Origin: Lepidodermella squamata
Lineage: Eukaryota; Animalia; Gastrotricha
DNA length: 64,000 nucleotides
Direction of reading: 5' to 3'
Assembly (NCBI GenBank): GCA_047495785.1
Contig: JBLDXI010000006.1
Coordinates: 248,001-312,000 of the forward strand
In this document: piece by piece, positions 61,858 to 64,000 of the stretch
Numbering within the stretch: the first letter of the stretch is position 1
Layout: each line of letters starts with the position of its first letter
Translations under genes and position numbers: made by a program
The notes under the pieces: model-generated
Database searches by the model: none
Seen by the model: only the letters and a program-made list of their open reading frames with translations
Told to the model about the DNA's origin: nothing

Positions 61858-64000
61858 TTAGACGTGGCTGTTGCGCCTGGTAACAATCGAAGATCTTCTG
61901 TCCTCAACCGCCGAAGATCCGATACCTATCGGGATCTTCGACTGAAATTTCGACTTCAAATTGTCAGTCTTTTCTTCGGAATTCCTCGCCAGACCTATTA
62001 CGACGATCGAAGGTCGAGACTGTCGCTCAGCTAAGAACATCGGAATCACCCAAGCCACCAGGCTTGTCACAGCAAGATAATTAGCCATAACTGCTAGAAC
62101 AATGCGTTGTTGAATCGGATCGGTCAAAACAATGCAAATTAGCACAGTTGACGCTAAAACGGCACCAGAGTTCATTGGACCTATTGCGACCCACGTGAAT
62201 GCGGTGCCTTTCGCACTTCTAGCTGCTCGCTTCCGCAATTGAACGCCGAGGCAACATGCGATAGCGATTGTAACTGCGTTACCGCTCAAAATACCTCCTA
62301 ACCAAGCCGTTTGATTCGCGGTGTAGTATGCAGTTGTCAGGAATTCGAAGTAGGTATCGGAATCCGGGGAATATGTTAGGGATTTTATGTAAGTGTCGCA
62401 TTTCGTCTGCTCAGACAAGAACCATCCAATCAGTATAATGACGGTCGCGACGGGTAGAATTACGACTGACTTAGCTTTTCTAATTTCAGTCGATTGATTA
62501 CTTGCTCTTCGGAATAGAACAGCTTTCATTTGTATCAACTGCGACATCTGGGTGTTGTTGATAGCAGAAAAGCCGATGAGAATCAGCGCTAGCCCGATTT
62601 GCCACTGAAGAATTGATGAGATGTAAAATGCAAGCATTGTCCCTCCAATCGAAAGGAAAGTGCTACCGAGAGAGCCAAATAAAGCCATTCGAGACATCTC
62701 TTTTTTGACAAATAACAGTCTGCCAATTCCAAATATCGATAGGCACAGAACTACAAGAGTTGCGACAACCATGAAAGCTGAAAATTCAACGGCCTCTTGA
62801 TCAGTAGCGATGAACCAAATTGAAGAGTCTCGCGGCGGAGCTTGATCCGAAGTTAGCCACGGGAGACCTCCAACGCCTAAATCAATCGAGTAATCGTCAT
62901 TATCCAGGCCGCTTCTTCCATCAAGCTGCCTCGCTGTGCCTAAGGTCCGCAATTTTTCGAATCCAAAATACGTGATCACAACCAAATCCGAAGCAAACTG
63001 CCCAGATGAGCTGTACTTGACCCGACCTGTCCTTAGTCCGACATAATCCAACTTAATTGCTGACTCATTGACGTGGCGCATCACGAGATCGCGGTTGCTT
63101 CGCGTATCTTTCAGCCCGATTTTACCTCCAGTTGCGTTTCTGAGAGCTTTTTCTGCGTTATCGAGGGTGAAAATCGCGCTGAGAGTTGCGTCGTGGCACT
63201 GAAATCTATAGCTGTAGTCGTAACCACGAGAATTGTTCGTGAAAGCATCGTACATAACGTCGAAATCATTCGCTGTGTATCCCAAATCGGTCTTAACATC
63301 ACGGGTCAGCGGGTTTTGGAATTGGCTGAACCCAATAGTGTATTTATACTGCTCAGCGACCATCCTTTTCGGACAATTCGAGGTTAGGAACTCGGGGAGA
63401 GGTTTCAAATCCTTCATCATAGTCCCATAAACCAAGAAGACATACCTGCTACCAGTAATTCCCATTTTATAGGTCCAGCAGAAGAAAAGCTGGACCATTT
63501 GAATGTTAGTCGACCAAACCACGATGATTCTTGCATCACTTTTCTGTAGCGACACTATAGAGGTAGGGTCTTCGAGGGACATGACCCCGTCATACCAGAT
63601 CACGCTCAGGTTTTTCTGAATCGCCATTTGATACAAAAGGTCACCACTTCCGAAGTCATTGCTGCTTGCGAGGTTAACCAAAATAGCGATTTTCGTCCAG
63701 TTGCCGATACTTCGGATGAATTGAAGTTGCGCATGAGCTGTTGCGTAGCTTATCCATCGATTCAGGTACAGGTTAGGGTACCGATTTCTATCGACTAAAA
63801 CAGCGCCTGAGCAAGAGATTGAGAAAGCGACCATATCCATATGGTGTAAAACAGGGCCGATTCCTTTACAACCACTGGTGTAGTACCCGATGATGGAAAC
63901 AGGGGCCACGGTCGAGTTGTTAGCTTCGTGAGTTGATTTCAGGCCGATGAGTTTCTTCACCGTGTCCAAACCGCCGACTCCTTCATCATCGCCGATAAGG
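61858..64000 (-). CDS. Class C (GABA-B-like) GPCR, intronless in this window, 5' end outside the window
   Basis: Venus-flytrap features (DRNRYPNL, NWTKIAIL, SLQKSDARIIVV, HDATL, YVGLRTGRVKYS), no cysteine-rich domain, seven hydrophobic helices and a C-terminal tail. Confidence 0.8.
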   Translation of the reverse strand, partial: LIGDDEGVGGLDTVKKLIGLKSTHEANNSTVAPVSIIGYYTSGCKGIGPVLHHMDMVAFSISCSGAVLVDRNRYPNLYLNRWISYATAHAQLQFIRSIGNWTKIAILVNLASSNDFGSGDLLYQMAIQKNLSVIWYDGVMSLEDPTSIVSLQKSDARIIVVWSTNIQMVQLFFCWTYKMGITGSRYVFLVYGTMMKDLKPLPEFLTSNCPKRMVAEQYKYTIGFSQFQNPLTRDVKTDLGYTANDFDVMYDAFTNNSRGYDYSYRFQCHDATLSAIFTLDNAEKALRNATGGKIGLKDTRSNRDLVMRHVNESAIKLDYVGLRTGRVKYSSSGQFASDLVVITYFGFEKLRTLGTARQLDGRSGLDNDDYSIDLGVGGLPWLTSDQAPPRDSSIWFIATDQEAVEFSAFMVVATLVVLCLSIFGIGRLLFVKKEMSRMALFGSLGSTFLSIGGTMLAFYISSILQWQIGLALILIGFSAINNTQMSQLIQMKAVLFRRASNQSTEIRKAKSVVILPVATVIILIGWFLSEQTKCDTYIKSLTYSPDSDTYFEFLTTAYYTANQTAWLGGILSGNAVTIAIACCLGVQLRKRAARSAKGTAFTWVAIGPMNSGAVLASTVLICIVLTDPIQQRIVLAVMANYLAVTSLVAWVIPMFLAERQSRPSIVVIGLARNSEEKTDNLKSKFQSKIPIGIGSSAVEDRRSSIVTRRNSHV

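Overview
Eukaryotic (invertebrate metazoan) genomic DNA from a compact genome with short, AT-rich GT-AG introns. The taxon cannot be assigned from the sequence. Pentameric Cys-loop channels and a class C GPCR argue for a eumetazoan. I hand-spliced the ORF track into about 26 protein-coding genes, about 20 of them with signal peptides. The first ~12 kb is transposon-rich (LINE remnants, nested MITEs, a 179-bp tandem repeat) around a recently duplicated papain-family protease. The rest contains four C1A proteases in total (one with a very long acidic N-extension, one with catalytic Cys->Ser), four GPI-type LamG/pentraxin-like genes, a Gly/Asp-rich secreted protein, two head-to-head pairs of 22-Cys-type secreted proteins, a cationic amidated-peptide precursor, a multi-CTLD lectin, a soluble AChBP-like protein, a compact Cys-loop channel, three F-box genes, a divergent beta-tubulin and a GABA-B-like GPCR. 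The most striking results are domain fusions visible only after splicing. These are (1) a CBP/p300-type TAZ1+KIX protein spliced to a RING-H2 exon that the ORF track misses, a candidate coactivator-decoy E3 ligase; (2) two secreted Sushi/CCP-ankyrin proteins flanking the lectin; and (3) an F-box/FBA-like protein joined to ~20 ankyrin repeats. All gene models are manual predictions from splice signals and phase compatibility and need transcript confirmation.
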